From Planctomycetota bacterium (lineage in GTDB: Bacteria; Planctomycetota; UBA1135; UBA2386), in contig OZ245006.1 in the NCBI GenBank assembly GCA_965223545.1, forward strand, positions 7,616,001-7,680,000: DNA of 64,000 nucleotides, written 5' to 3'. The stretch's first letter is position 1, and every line of letters starts with the position of its first letter. The notes below the pieces were generated by a model, which worked only from the letters and a program-made list of their open reading frames with translations, did no database searches and was not told the origin of the DNA. The position numbers and the translations under genes were made by a program. Of this stretch, positions 31,833-40,816 are shown one piece after another.

Positions 31833-32996
31833 ATGCCAAAGAAGCTCCAACGCCAAGTCAGCGTTGCCAAGGCCAAGCCCGCGGCAAAGGCGCGCGGTGG
31901 CCCCGGCGAAGGCTCCACGCTGCGCTCGATCGGCGCGATCGGCGGCCGCCGTGTCACGCCCAAGGTGCTGACCGAGTTCACCTCGCAGCTGGCGGTGTTG
32001 CTCGATGCCGGAATCCCGGTGACCAAGTGTCTCCGAATTCTCGAAGGCCAGACGCCGCAGGGACAGATGCGGCGGACGCTGGCCACCGTGCTCGAGGACG
32101 TCGAGGGCGGCACCGCACTGTCGGAGGCGATGGACAAGCACCCCGGTGTCTTCGACCGCCTCTACACCAACATGGTGCGCGCTGGCGAGGCCGGCGGTGT
32201 GCAGGAGGAGATCCTGAACCGCCTCGCCGGGTTCATGGAGAAGTCCGAGGAGATCAAGAGCCGGGTGCGCGGCGCGCTGGCGTATCCCGTCGTCGTGCTG
32301 CTCGTCGCGGCGGTGGTCTTGCTGCTGCTGTTCATCTACGTCATCCCGCAGTTCAAGGACATCTTCATCAACCAGTTCGGCGGTCTCGAGGAGATGCCGG
32401 CGCTGACTCGCTTCATCATTCGGATGGGCGAGCACCTGCAGCTGTATTGGTGGGCCTACGTCGGCGGGGTGTTGCTGCTCTACGGCATTCACCGGCTGTT
32501 GGTCGCCAAGGTGCACGGCTATCGCGCCATGCGCGACCGGCTGCTGATGCGCATCCCGGTGTTCGGCGGCATGGTCAAGCGGTCGCTGGTGGCGCGCTTC
32601 ACCCGCACGTTCGGCACGCTGATCCAGAGCGGCGTGCCCCACCTCGGCGCGCTGGAGATCGTCAACGGCTCGGTCAGCCACGTGCAGCTCAACAGCGCCG
32701 TCGACCGGATCCATGCCAGCATCCGGGAGGGCGCTGGCATTGCGGTGCCGATGGGGGAGAGCGGGATCTTCGACGACGTGGTCGTCAACATGGTCGACGT
32801 CGGCGAGCAGACCGGCGAGCTCGATCGGATGCTGGCGAAGATCGCCGACCGCTACGAGGCCGAGGTCGACCGGACCGTGGAGACCACGTTCAAGATCATC
32901 GAGCCGATCCTGCTGGTCGTGCTCGCGGTGATCGTCGGCGCGATCGTCTTGGCGCTGTTCCTGCCCCTGCTCAAGATCATGGAGAAGCTGCGGTGA
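31833..32996 (+). CDS. pilC: Type IV pilus/T2SS inner-membrane platform protein (PilC/GspF)
   Basis: FTSQLAVLLDAGIP, AGEAGG, ALAYP, GEQTGELD, IEPILLV, ALFLP. Confidence 0.9.
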   Translation: MPKKLQRQVSVAKAKPAAKARGGPGEGSTLRSIGAIGGRRVTPKVLTEFTSQLAVLLDAGIPVTKCLRILEGQTPQGQMRRTLATVLEDVEGGTALSEAMDKHPGVFDRLYTNMVRAGEAGGVQEEILNRLAGFMEKSEEIKSRVRGALAYPVVVLLVAAVVLLLLFIYVIPQFKDIFINQFGGLEEMPALTRFIIRMGEHLQLYWWAYVGGVLLLYGIHRLLVAKVHGYRAMRDRLLMRIPVFGGMVKRSLVARFTRTFGTLIQSGVPHLGALEIVNGSVSHVQLNSAVDRIHASIREGAGIAVPMGESGIFDDVVVNMVDVGEQTGELDRMLAKIADRYEAEVDRTVETTFKIIEPILLVVLAVIVGAIVLALFLPLLKIMEKLR

Positions 32997-33029
32997 CCGC
33001 GGCGGCGCGGCCCACCTGAGGCGATCGAG

Positions 33030-34520
33030 ATGTCGCTCGCCGCGCGGTTGCTGCTGCTGATCGTTCTGCTGAACGCGGCGGTGGTGGGCGCCGTGCAGCT
33101 GGTCCTGCTGTACGGCCAGCGGCAGGCCGACGTCGCGCAGCGCGAGCTCTACCGGAGCCTTTTGTTCAAGCTGCTGGAGGACGCCTACCCGTCCGAGGAC
33201 ATCGGCGTCGGTTGGGTCCGCGAGCTGCTCGGCGTCGACAGCTTTCGCGGTGTCTTCCGCGATGTGCTGGTCGTCAGCTCGGGGTTTGCCGGCACCGTCG
33301 ACCTCAATCCCATGGGGGCCGCGCACCGACGCAGCGCGGAGTTCCCGCGCGCCGACATCGAGGCCGGCATCGCCGAGGCGTTGCGCCGGCAGGCTGCCGG
33401 GCGCGTCGAGCCGGTCGAGGCGGGCGGCGGCTTCTGTCTGGCCGTGCCGACGCGGGGCGCCGAATCGGCGGCGGCGTGGTACGTCCCGCTGCAATCGCCG
33501 AGCAGTCTGCGACTGGCTTGGTTCGCCCTGCCGGTGCTGCTGGCGACGGCGTTGACCGCGCTGCTGGGCTTCTGGATGTTGCGCCGCTTCGTCGGCCGGC
33601 CGCTCGACGGACTGGGCGCTGCCGCGGCGCGAGTCGGCGCCGGCGATGCGGGGGTCCGCGTCGAGCGGGTGTCCGGCGCGCGCGAGCTCAACGCCGTGGT
33701 CGATGCGTTCAACGTCATGGCGCAGAAAGTCGCGGGCCACACCGATGAGCTCCGCCGCGAAGTGCAGCGCGCCACCGAGGAGGCGGCGCGGCGCGAGCGC
33801 GCGTTGGTGCAGTCCTCGCGCTTGGCGGCGATGGGGACGCTCGCCGCCGGGATCGCGCACGAGATCAACAACCCGATCGGCGGCATGATGAACGCGGTGC
33901 ACCGCCTGCGCCAACGCGAGGGGTTGGACGAGCGCAGCCGCGTCTACCTCGACCTGGTGCTCGAGGGGCTCGAGCGCGTCGGTGCGATCACCCGGCGCGT
34001 GCTCGATTTCTCGCCACGGCAGATCGAGGCGGCACCGTTTCCGCTGGTCGAAGCGGTCGAGGCCGCCCTCTCACTGGTCAAGCACCGGATCGACCGGCAG
34101 CAGGTGGCGGTGTCGAGCGCGGTGCCGGCGGAACTCTACGCGATCGGAGACCGGCACGAGATCCAGCAGGTCGTGCTCAACTGCTTCCTCAATTCTCTCG
34201 ACGCGCTCGGTGGCCAGAGCCCGCCGTGCACGCTCCGAGTGCGCGGTTGGAGCGAGGGTGCCAACGTCGCGCTCGAAGTCGAAGACAACGGGCCCGGGGC
34301 CGACGCCGAGACGGTCCAGCGGGTGTTCGACCCGTTCTTCTCCGCCAAGGACCGCCCGGATGCCAGCGGCCTGGGCCTGTTCATCAGCTATTCGATCATC
34401 CGCAACCACGGAGGCGAGCTGCGGGTGAACTCGCGGCCGGGCGAGGGATTCACCGTCCGCCTGGTCCTGCCGGCGGCCCCGCCGCCGGAATTGCTGGATC
34501 GGCGTGGTGGCGAGGTATAG
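33030..34520 (+). CDS. HAMP-domain sensor histidine kinase (NtrB/PilS-like)
   Basis: Two TMs, HAMP, H-box AGIAHEINNP, N-box QQVVLN, DNGPG, FDPFF, GLGL. Confidence 0.9.
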   Translation: MSLAARLLLLIVLLNAAVVGAVQLVLLYGQRQADVAQRELYRSLLFKLLEDAYPSEDIGVGWVRELLGVDSFRGVFRDVLVVSSGFAGTVDLNPMGAAHRRSAEFPRADIEAGIAEALRRQAAGRVEPVEAGGGFCLAVPTRGAESAAAWYVPLQSPSSLRLAWFALPVLLATALTALLGFWMLRRFVGRPLDGLGAAAARVGAGDAGVRVERVSGARELNAVVDAFNVMAQKVAGHTDELRREVQRATEEAARRERALVQSSRLAAMGTLAAGIAHEINNPIGGMMNAVHRLRQREGLDERSRVYLDLVLEGLERVGAITRRVLDFSPRQIEAAPFPLVEAVEAALSLVKHRIDRQQVAVSSAVPAELYAIGDRHEIQQVVLNCFLNSLDALGGQSPPCTLRVRGWSEGANVALEVEDNGPGADAETVQRVFDPFFSAKDRPDASGLGLFISYSIIRNHGGELRVNSRPGEGFTVRLVLPAAPPPELLDRRGGEV

Positions 34521-34564
34521 TGCCCGCCGCCCCGACAGCAGATTCGACCCGCGTGCACAAGACC

Positions 34565-35146
34565 ATGACTGCGACCTTCACCCACGGATTGATCGTCGGC
34601 GGCTTGATCGCCGGTGCGTTCGCCGCTGGCCTTTGCCTGGCTCCGGAGGCGGGTGTCCTCAGCGCGGCGGAGCGGCCGGCGTTGGTGCTGCCCCAGGGGC
34701 GGGGCACGCCGACGGTGTCGCCGCCGCCGACGACCTCGACTCCCATCGATCCGACCGCCGCTGCCGCCGATGCGCCGGCACCATTGGTGTACGGCGGAGA
34801 CGCGGGGCAATCGGCCGCCGCCAACGGCTTCATCGCGGTGACCGGCAGCTACGGCGTCGGCACCTCGGTGCTCTACGTCCTCGATACCGACGGGCGCCAG
34901 CTGGCGGTGTACGAGGCACGCGGCGGCTCGGCCAACACCCGGCGGTTGGTGTTCGTCGGCGCGCGGCGGATCGATCTGGACTTGCAGCTGCACGCCTACA
35001 ACGACAAGTCGGAGTACACCTACGACGACCTCGCGCGCGAGTTCGAGCGACGCGGTCGATCGGCCGATGGCAGCGGCCAGGGCGCGCCGGCGGCCGAGAC
35101 CGGCGCCGACGCCGTCAAAGCCGGCGAGACAGCCGGCGGCAAATGA
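34565..35146 (+). CDS. Hypothetical exported protein
   Basis: Hydrophobic N-terminus; conserved-looking core VLYVLDTDGRQLAVY...GARRIDLDL. Confidence 0.6.
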   Translation: MTATFTHGLIVGGLIAGAFAAGLCLAPEAGVLSAAERPALVLPQGRGTPTVSPPPTTSTPIDPTAAAADAPAPLVYGGDAGQSAAANGFIAVTGSYGVGTSVLYVLDTDGRQLAVYEARGGSANTRRLVFVGARRIDLDLQLHAYNDKSEYTYDDLAREFERRGRSADGSGQGAPAAETGADAVKAGETAGGK

Positions 35147-35212
35147 TCTACAATTCTGTCCGTCCCCTTCGTTTCCGCGGCTCGTCCCCGAGCTGACCCT
35201 GTGGAGGTATCC

Positions 35213-35701
35213 GTGCCCGACCCCAATGAGGATTTCGTCTCGTTCGAGAAGGCTCTGCGCGATCTGAAGATGCAGAGCGAGGAGCTCAAGAAGCTGGTCT
35301 CCGAAGGCGAGATCCGCGCGTTCCGCGATGGCCAGTCGATGAAGTTCAAGCGCGAGGACATCGAGTCGCTCGCCGACCGAAACGAAGACGAGTTGGTGTT
35401 CGCCGACTCCCTCGAGGACGACACCGGCATGGTGACCGAGGAGCTCTCCGACGAGGAGACCCTGCTCGCCGAGGATGACCTCGAAGAGGAAGAGCCGGTG
35501 CGCCGCACGGCCGCGGCCGCCGCGCCTGCCCGCAGCCGCGCCCGCGCCGTCGAGGTCGAAGAAGAGACCAAGGAGCCCGCTTGGGTCACCGGCATCGCGA
35601 TCGTCGGCGCGATCATCGCCCTCTACGGCTTCATCGTGATCTACTCGATCGCCGCCGAGGCGCCCCCGAGCGGACTCACGTCCCTCTTCGCCAAGAGCTA
35701 G
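35213..35701 (+). CDS. Excisionase/MerR-like HTH protein with acidic linker and C-terminal TM
   Basis: SD GGAGGT before GTG; SFEKALRDLKMQSEELKKLVSEGEIRAFRDGQSMKFKREDIE is HTH_17-like; Asp/Glu-rich middle; C-terminal TM. Confidence 0.75.
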   Translation: MPDPNEDFVSFEKALRDLKMQSEELKKLVSEGEIRAFRDGQSMKFKREDIESLADRNEDELVFADSLEDDTGMVTEELSDEETLLAEDDLEEEEPVRRTAAAAAPARSRARAVEVEEETKEPAWVTGIAIVGAIIALYGFIVIYSIAAEAPPSGLTSLFAKS

Positions 35702-35718
35702 CGCCCGCGCCCGGGAAC

Positions 35719-35809
35719 CGTACGGAGTCAGGCTCGATTTTCTCGGCGCACGTACGGAGCCAGGCTCCGATTCATCACACGGCGCCGCCGGGTGATGAAT
35801 CGGAGCCTG
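35719..35809. repeat. Left part of a REP/REPIN-like palindrome disrupted by IS110
   Basis: 35719..35763 is the exact reverse complement of 37452..37496; contains two CGTACGGAGYCAGGCTC units. Confidence 0.85.
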
Positions 35810-35818
35810 ACCTGAAAC

Positions 35819-37201
35819 TCACCCAGCCTCGGCGATCGGTATGAGCTTGTACCCGAGGGATTTAGCGTTCTGTCGGAGTCCGACGATGCGTCGCTGGGTG
35901 AAGCGCTCCTCGTAGGCCTTGGCGCCTTCGTCTACGTAGTCCTGGCCGAACTTCAGCATGCGGTAGATGAGCAGGGCCAGTTTGCGGGCGATGGCAAAGA
36001 TGGCGACGTTGCCGTCCTTCGCGCGGGCGATCTTGCGGAAGTGTGCGCCGAGAGCTGTCTGAGTACGTTGGAGGGACAGGGCGGCCATCCGGAGGACCGT
36101 GGCGATCCTGCTGACCGCGATGTTGTTGCGGTGCTTCTTGATGCGCTTTCCACCCGAGACGGCTTGACGTGGGCACAGGCGTAGCCAGGAGACGAAGTGC
36201 TTCTCGGTCGGGAAAGCATCGAGGTCGTAGCCGACCTCGGTGAGCACGATCATGGCCGTGCTCGGGCTGATACCGTCGATTCGCGTGAGATCACACCCGA
36301 CGAGCCGGCAGAGGGCATCGCGAAGCTCCCGGCCGCCCTTCGTTCGGATGCTCCTCTCCTTGCGGGGGTCTGGATGCTCGGGGACGTCGGCCGTCTTGGC
36401 TTCCTCCGGTTGCAGGTCCTCGATCATCGCCATCAATCGCTTCTCGACCGACTCGATCTCGTGGTCGGTGTGCTCGAGCATCCGCAAGCCCGAAGCGAGA
36501 GTGAAGATGTGCTCCTCGATCCAGGTCCCTTGCAAGTGATCCGCGAGCTCCTTCTCGGAGATCTTGCAGCGCGGATCACGCAGTCTGGCGAGCGCTCGAG
36601 GGTCGCGTTCACCAGCGAGAATCGCGCGGATGATCGCGAGGCCGGTCTTGCCGGTGATGTCCGTTACCGCGCGATGGATCGCCACGTTCATCTGATCCAG
36701 TGACCGCTGCATCAACTGCGTGTGGCGCGTGCGCTGCGCGATCAAAGACGCGGCATGGCGTTGCAGGGTCCGCAACGCACAGATGTCCTTCGGAGGCCGG
36801 AACGAAGCGCGAATGAGGCCATAGGTGTGTAGCTTCTGCAGCCAACTGCAATCGCTGGCATCGGACTTGGAGCGGCCCGGCACGTTCTTCACCTCGCGGG
36901 CATTCGCGAGGATGACCTCGAAGCCTCTCGACTCGAGTAGCTCGTAGACGGGAATCCAGTAGACATAGGTGCTCTCCATCGCGACGGATCGCACTCCGAG
37001 CTCCTCCAGCCAGTCCGCGAGCGCCTCTAGCTGGGGCGTCGTCGTTCCGAATCGCTTGATCGGACGACTGCCGTCGGGTGCTGCTGCGCACACCCAGTGC
37101 TCGCGGCTGCCGATGTCGATTCCGGCGGCGTTGGGCTTCACGACTGGCAATACTTCCGCTGCGGGCTTCTTGCCCTTCCTCGTTCTGCTCTTCCCAGCCA
37201 T
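35819..37201 (-). CDS. IS110 family transposase/recombinase (460 aa)
   Basis: DEDD N-terminal domain (GIDIGS, AMEST, KSDASD); C-terminal Tnp20 domain (IDGIS, FPTEKHFVSW, SGGK serine, AIARKLA). Confidence 0.96.
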   Translation of the reverse strand: MAGKSRTRKGKKPAAEVLPVVKPNAAGIDIGSREHWVCAAAPDGSRPIKRFGTTTPQLEALADWLEELGVRSVAMESTYVYWIPVYELLESRGFEVILANAREVKNVPGRSKSDASDCSWLQKLHTYGLIRASFRPPKDICALRTLQRHAASLIAQRTRHTQLMQRSLDQMNVAIHRAVTDITGKTGLAIIRAILAGERDPRALARLRDPRCKISEKELADHLQGTWIEEHIFTLASGLRMLEHTDHEIESVEKRLMAMIEDLQPEEAKTADVPEHPDPRKERSIRTKGGRELRDALCRLVGCDLTRIDGISPSTAMIVLTEVGYDLDAFPTEKHFVSWLRLCPRQAVSGGKRIKKHRNNIAVSRIATVLRMAALSLQRTQTALGAHFRKIARAKDGNVAIFAIARKLALLIYRMLKFGQDYVDEGAKAYEERFTQRRIVGLRQNAKSLGYKLIPIAEAG

Positions 37202-37223
37202 ACTTCATCCTCATTGTTGTGGT

Positions 37224-37376
37224 GGGCCCGGCCCGAGGCGGCGATCAAACGAATCTGACCTGCGGGAGTGGGCACGGCGACGTGCCCCTCACCAGTGAAG
37301 GATGGCCAACTCGGACCCAGACTGGCTCTGGGGCAAACGTGCTCCAGTGGCTATTGGGGGCGTAGCTGCCGGGCCC
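37224..37376 (-). ncRNA. Candidate IS110 bridge/seek RNA (copy 2)
   Basis: Same as 1045..1197; donor match at 37255..37262 and target match at 37322..37328. Confidence 0.6.
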
Positions 37377-37454
37377 CTCACACGTTCCCCTCCCCCTTCC
37401 TCAGCGGCTAGTTTCCTGCCCTGAAGGGCCGACAAATCTGCCGGGGCAGGACTG

Positions 37455-37496
37455 GCTCCGTACGTGCGCCGAGAAAATCGAGCCTGACTCCGTACG
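37455..37496. repeat. Right part of the REP/REPIN-like palindrome
   Basis: Reverse complement of 35719..35760. Confidence 0.85.
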
Positions 37497-37614
37497 CACT
37501 ACGTTGACGGCGCTCGGTGGTCGCGCCAGACTGGGCCCCTGCCCGCGTCGATCTCGGTCTGTCGGCCGCGGCGCGAACAGCAGCTACGTTCGACACCTTT
37601 TGCCGGAGGGGGCC

Positions 37615-38286
37615 ATGCACCGTGTGTCCATCATCGCTGTCGCGATGCTCGCCATGTCACTCCACAGCTGCGTCAGCCCGGAGGCGCACCGCCAGCTGAT
37701 CGCCGCCAACGAGGCGCTGCGGGGGCAGATCGGCGATCTCGAGGCCTACCACCGCCAACTCGAAGAGGAGAACCGCAGGTTGGGTGGCGAGGTCGACCGG
37801 CTGGGTCGCAACGCGGTCGACGCCGCGCATTTGCGGCAGCAGAAGGAGGAGCTGGCCCGCTTGATCGAGCAGTTCCAGAACGGCGGCGGCCGCAACCTAC
37901 AGGGCGTGACGGTGCGCGAGACCGCCGAGGGTGTCGTCTTCGAGTTGCAGGGCGAGGTCCTGTTCAGCTCCGGCCAGGCGACGATCACCGAGTCGGGCCA
38001 GGGCGTGCTCGGCCAGCTGGTGCCGATCCTGCGCGAGCACCGGCACGCCGTGCGGATCGATGGCCACACGGACTCCGATCCCATCCGCCGCAGCCAGTGG
38101 CGCACCAACCTGCGCCTGTCGGCCGAACGCTCGATCGCCGTCGTCGAGTACCTGATCTCCAGCGGCGTCGATCCGGCGCAGCTGCACGTCTCGGCCTTCG
38201 GCGAGCACCGCCCGGCGGTGGCCGGAACCGACGACGCGTCCAAGAGCCGCAATCGGCGCGTCGAGATCATGATGCTGCGGCAATAG
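37615..38286 (+). CDS. OmpA/MotB-family peptidoglycan-binding lipoprotein with coiled coil
   Basis: SD GGAGG; LHSC lipobox-like; LFSSG, IDGHTDSDPI, NLRLSAERS, NRRVEI. Confidence 0.88.
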   Translation: MHRVSIIAVAMLAMSLHSCVSPEAHRQLIAANEALRGQIGDLEAYHRQLEEENRRLGGEVDRLGRNAVDAAHLRQQKEELARLIEQFQNGGGRNLQGVTVRETAEGVVFELQGEVLFSSGQATITESGQGVLGQLVPILREHRHAVRIDGHTDSDPIRRSQWRTNLRLSAERSIAVVEYLISSGVDPAQLHVSAFGEHRPAVAGTDDASKSRNRRVEIMMLRQ

Positions 38287-38290
38287 CGCG

Positions 38291-39652
38291 ATGGCGCCGG
38301 CCAGCGTCGGGGCCGAGCAGGGGGGCCGGGCGCGAGGGCCGCGCTGCGCGATCGCCGCGGCGGGGTTGCTGGCCGCCGCGTGCGCGCCGGCCGAGGACGC
38401 CGTGCCGCGCTGGTCCCGCTACGGAGTGTTCCGCGACCTCGTCCGGTTCGACGGCCGGGCGCACGGGCTCGGCGTGTTCTTCCTGGACCGGTTCGAGACC
38501 ACCCGGCGCGACTGGTGGACGTTCTCCATGGCGCGCGGCGACGACGACGCGCTGCCGTCCATCGATCGGCCGTGGCAGGTCGACGACGGACTGCCCGCGA
38601 CCCAGGTCGACCTGCGCCGCGCCCGTGAGTTCGCGCGCTGGCGGTTCTGCCGGCTGCCGCGGATCGAGGAGTGGCGCTTCGCGGCGACCAGCGGCGGGCT
38701 CTACGCCTATCCGTGGGGCAACCGGTTCCGGGTCGAATGGGTGAACAGCGGCGAGCTCGGCCTGGATGGTCCGGTGCCGGTGGGCACGTTCGAGTCCGGC
38801 CGCGACGCCGACGATCGCGCTCCGTACGACCTGCTCGGCAACGTGGCGGAATGGACCGAATCGGTGGGGGGCCGCTGGTTCGGCGGCGCTGGCTCGGCGC
38901 TCGGCGCGACCGTGTGGTGGCCCCGCTACGCGCGCGGCGTGGTCTTGGTGCGGGCGGTGCCGGCGATGGCGGCGTGGGCGTTCGACGGTCTGCCGCCGCC
39001 GCGCGCCTTCATGGACCAGGGGCTCAAGCCGGTGCGGGCGTCGGAGGATCCGCGCGCGCTCGGCGTCTGGTGGCGCCGGTCGGCGGCGCTCTCCCGGGTC
39101 GCCGCTGCACGCGTCTGGCTTCCCAGCGGACTGCCCGCGCCCGCGGCCTGGATGCTGTTGGCGGCGGTGTCGCCGGAAGAGCCCGTGGTCGAGCCCGACG
39201 ACGTCCCCGGCGCCGGGGCCCTGTTGGAGTTGCAACGCCGCGTCGACCTGTGGCGCCAATTGCGGGGCACGGCGGCGGTCGAGATCTGGCGCCAGCCGGG
39301 GGTGCCGCCGCCGGCGGTGTGGGCGATGGCGAGCTGGGGCGGGGCCCTGCCGCGGCTGGTGGTCGGTGGCCACTTCCGCGCGCTGGTGCGCGATCGCCGC
39401 AGTTGGTCGGTGGAGCGCGCGCCCGGCGAGCGCGGCGACACCCTGGGCGTGCGGGTCGCGACCGATCCGCTGGCGCTGCTGTGCACCTTGCTGGCCGAGC
39501 CGGAGGCGCCGACGGCGGCCGAGGAACGCCAGCTGCGCGGTTTCCTCGCCGCGCACCGGGACGTGTTGGCGCCGCGGCTGGCGCAGGCGCTGCAACGGGT
39601 CGCGGTGCACGGGCCGCTGCGGGGCACGGTCACCGGGGTGCTCGGCGGATGA
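38291..39652 (+). CDS. FGE-sulfatase (SUMF1) domain lipoprotein
   Basis: LAAAC lipobox; RLPRIEEW, YPWGN, YDLLGNVAEW. Confidence 0.75.
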   Translation: MAPASVGAEQGGRARGPRCAIAAAGLLAAACAPAEDAVPRWSRYGVFRDLVRFDGRAHGLGVFFLDRFETTRRDWWTFSMARGDDDALPSIDRPWQVDDGLPATQVDLRRAREFARWRFCRLPRIEEWRFAATSGGLYAYPWGNRFRVEWVNSGELGLDGPVPVGTFESGRDADDRAPYDLLGNVAEWTESVGGRWFGGAGSALGATVWWPRYARGVVLVRAVPAMAAWAFDGLPPPRAFMDQGLKPVRASEDPRALGVWWRRSAALSRVAAARVWLPSGLPAPAAWMLLAAVSPEEPVVEPDDVPGAGALLELQRRVDLWRQLRGTAAVEIWRQPGVPPPAVWAMASWGGALPRLVVGGHFRALVRDRRSWSVERAPGERGDTLGVRVATDPLALLCTLLAEPEAPTAAEERQLRGFLAAHRDVLAPRLAQALQRVAVHGPLRGTVTGVLGG

Positions 39653-40545
39653 GCGAAGACGGGGCGCGGTCGCCATTTGCGCACTATCTCGAGCAGATGC
39701 GACAGCGCGGCTTCCACCCCAGCCGCCGCCTCGGCCAGAACTTCCTGCTCGACCCCAGCCTGCACGACTGCATCGCCACGCTCGCCGGGCTGTGCCGCGA
39801 TGACGTCGCGCTCGAAGTCGGCGCCGGCCTCGGCTTTCTGACGCGCGCGCTCCTGGCGCGCGCGGATCGGGTGGTCGCGGTCGAGATCGACCGCCGCCTG
39901 CTGGAGATTCTGCGGGCCGAGCGCCCGCGGATGCCCGGCGGGGGCCAAGGGCTGCACCTGGTTGCGGCCGATGCGCTGCACGGCGGGCGGATCAGCGCCG
40001 AAGTCGAAGCCGCCGTGACGGCGGCGCTGAGTGGCGGGCGCCGCTTGGTGCTCGCCGCCAACCTGCCCTACGCGATCGCCGGCCCGCTGCTCGCCGAGCT
40101 GTGCGCCCTTCCGCAGCCGCCCGCCCGCGGTGCCGTGCTGGTCCAGCTGGAGTTGGCCGAGCGCCTGTGCTCGGCGCCGGGCAGCGCCGCCTACGGCGCC
40201 CTGTCGGCGGTCGTGCAGGCGCTGTATGCGTGCCGGTTGGAGCGGCGCGTCGGCCGCAACGTGTTTCGCCCAAGGCCGCGCGTCGACTCGGCGATCTGCG
40301 AGCTGGCACCGGCGCCAGCCGCCCCGCTCGCCGGCGCGGCGGCCACCGAGCGGCGGAGCTACGCGGGCTTCGTGCGGCAGTTGTTTTCCCAGCGTCGGAA
40401 GACGCTGCGCAACGCCCTGCGCACCGCGACCGTGGCGGCCGGGCTCGAAATGCCGGCCCTGTCGGAGGATCTCGCCGCGCGCCGGGCGGTGGAGCTGGGG
40501 GCGGCCGATCTTGTGGCGTTGTGGCGCCGGGCCCGGGGCTCGTGA
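39649..40545 (+). CDS. rsmA: 16S rRNA adenine dimethyltransferase
   Basis: LGQNFL, EVGAGLG, EID, ANLPY, FRPRPRVDS, FSQRRKTLRNAL. Confidence 0.93.
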   Translation: MSEDGARSPFAHYLEQMRQRGFHPSRRLGQNFLLDPSLHDCIATLAGLCRDDVALEVGAGLGFLTRALLARADRVVAVEIDRRLLEILRAERPRMPGGGQGLHLVAADALHGGRISAEVEAAVTAALSGGRRLVLAANLPYAIAGPLLAELCALPQPPARGAVLVQLELAERLCSAPGSAAYGALSAVVQALYACRLERRVGRNVFRPRPRVDSAICELAPAPAAPLAGAAATERRSYAGFVRQLFSQRRKTLRNALRTATVAAGLEMPALSEDLAARRAVELGAADLVALWRRARGS

Positions 40546-40612
40546 GCGCCACCGCGCGGGTGGTTGCGCCCGGGGGCCCCGGGGGCCGGGCCGTCTGCGC
40601 CGTCGGATTGCC

Positions 40613-40640
40613 TTGACCAACTCCGCTGCCGGACTACACT
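40613..40640 (+). promoter_or_regulatory. Putative sigma70 promoter for dnaG-rpoD
   Basis: TTGACC-16 bp-TACACT, about 175 nt upstream of dnaG. Confidence 0.55.
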
Positions 40641-40816
40641 TGTGAGGTTTATCGGATCGTTCTGATAAACCCGTCAGCACCGACGGTCCGGCTGGGCGAA
40701 GGTCGAGGGGCGGCGCGCCACGCGCCACTCGACCGCTTCTGGCGGGCGCCGAGCACGATTCCCCACGGCTCGGAAGTCGGGCGGGCGCGCACACGGGCCC
40801 CGGTGTCCCTCCCCCG

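Larger units (their letters stand above)
35807..37454 (-). mobile_element. IS110 element, copy 2 (complete), flanked by a CTG core
   Basis: Removing it restores a perfect palindrome; CTG at 35807..35809 and 37452..37454; no long TIRs. Confidence 0.92.

Noticed and set aside
37430..37454. Promoter formed at the IS110 circle junction (TTTCAG-16-CAGATT on the minus strand)
   Set aside because: The match to the sigma70 consensus is too weak to support without TSS data.
35719..37496. 45-bp inverted repeats as the TIRs of the IS110
   Set aside because: Copy 1 lacks them beyond 14 nt, and removing the IS restores one continuous palindrome, so they belong to the target.
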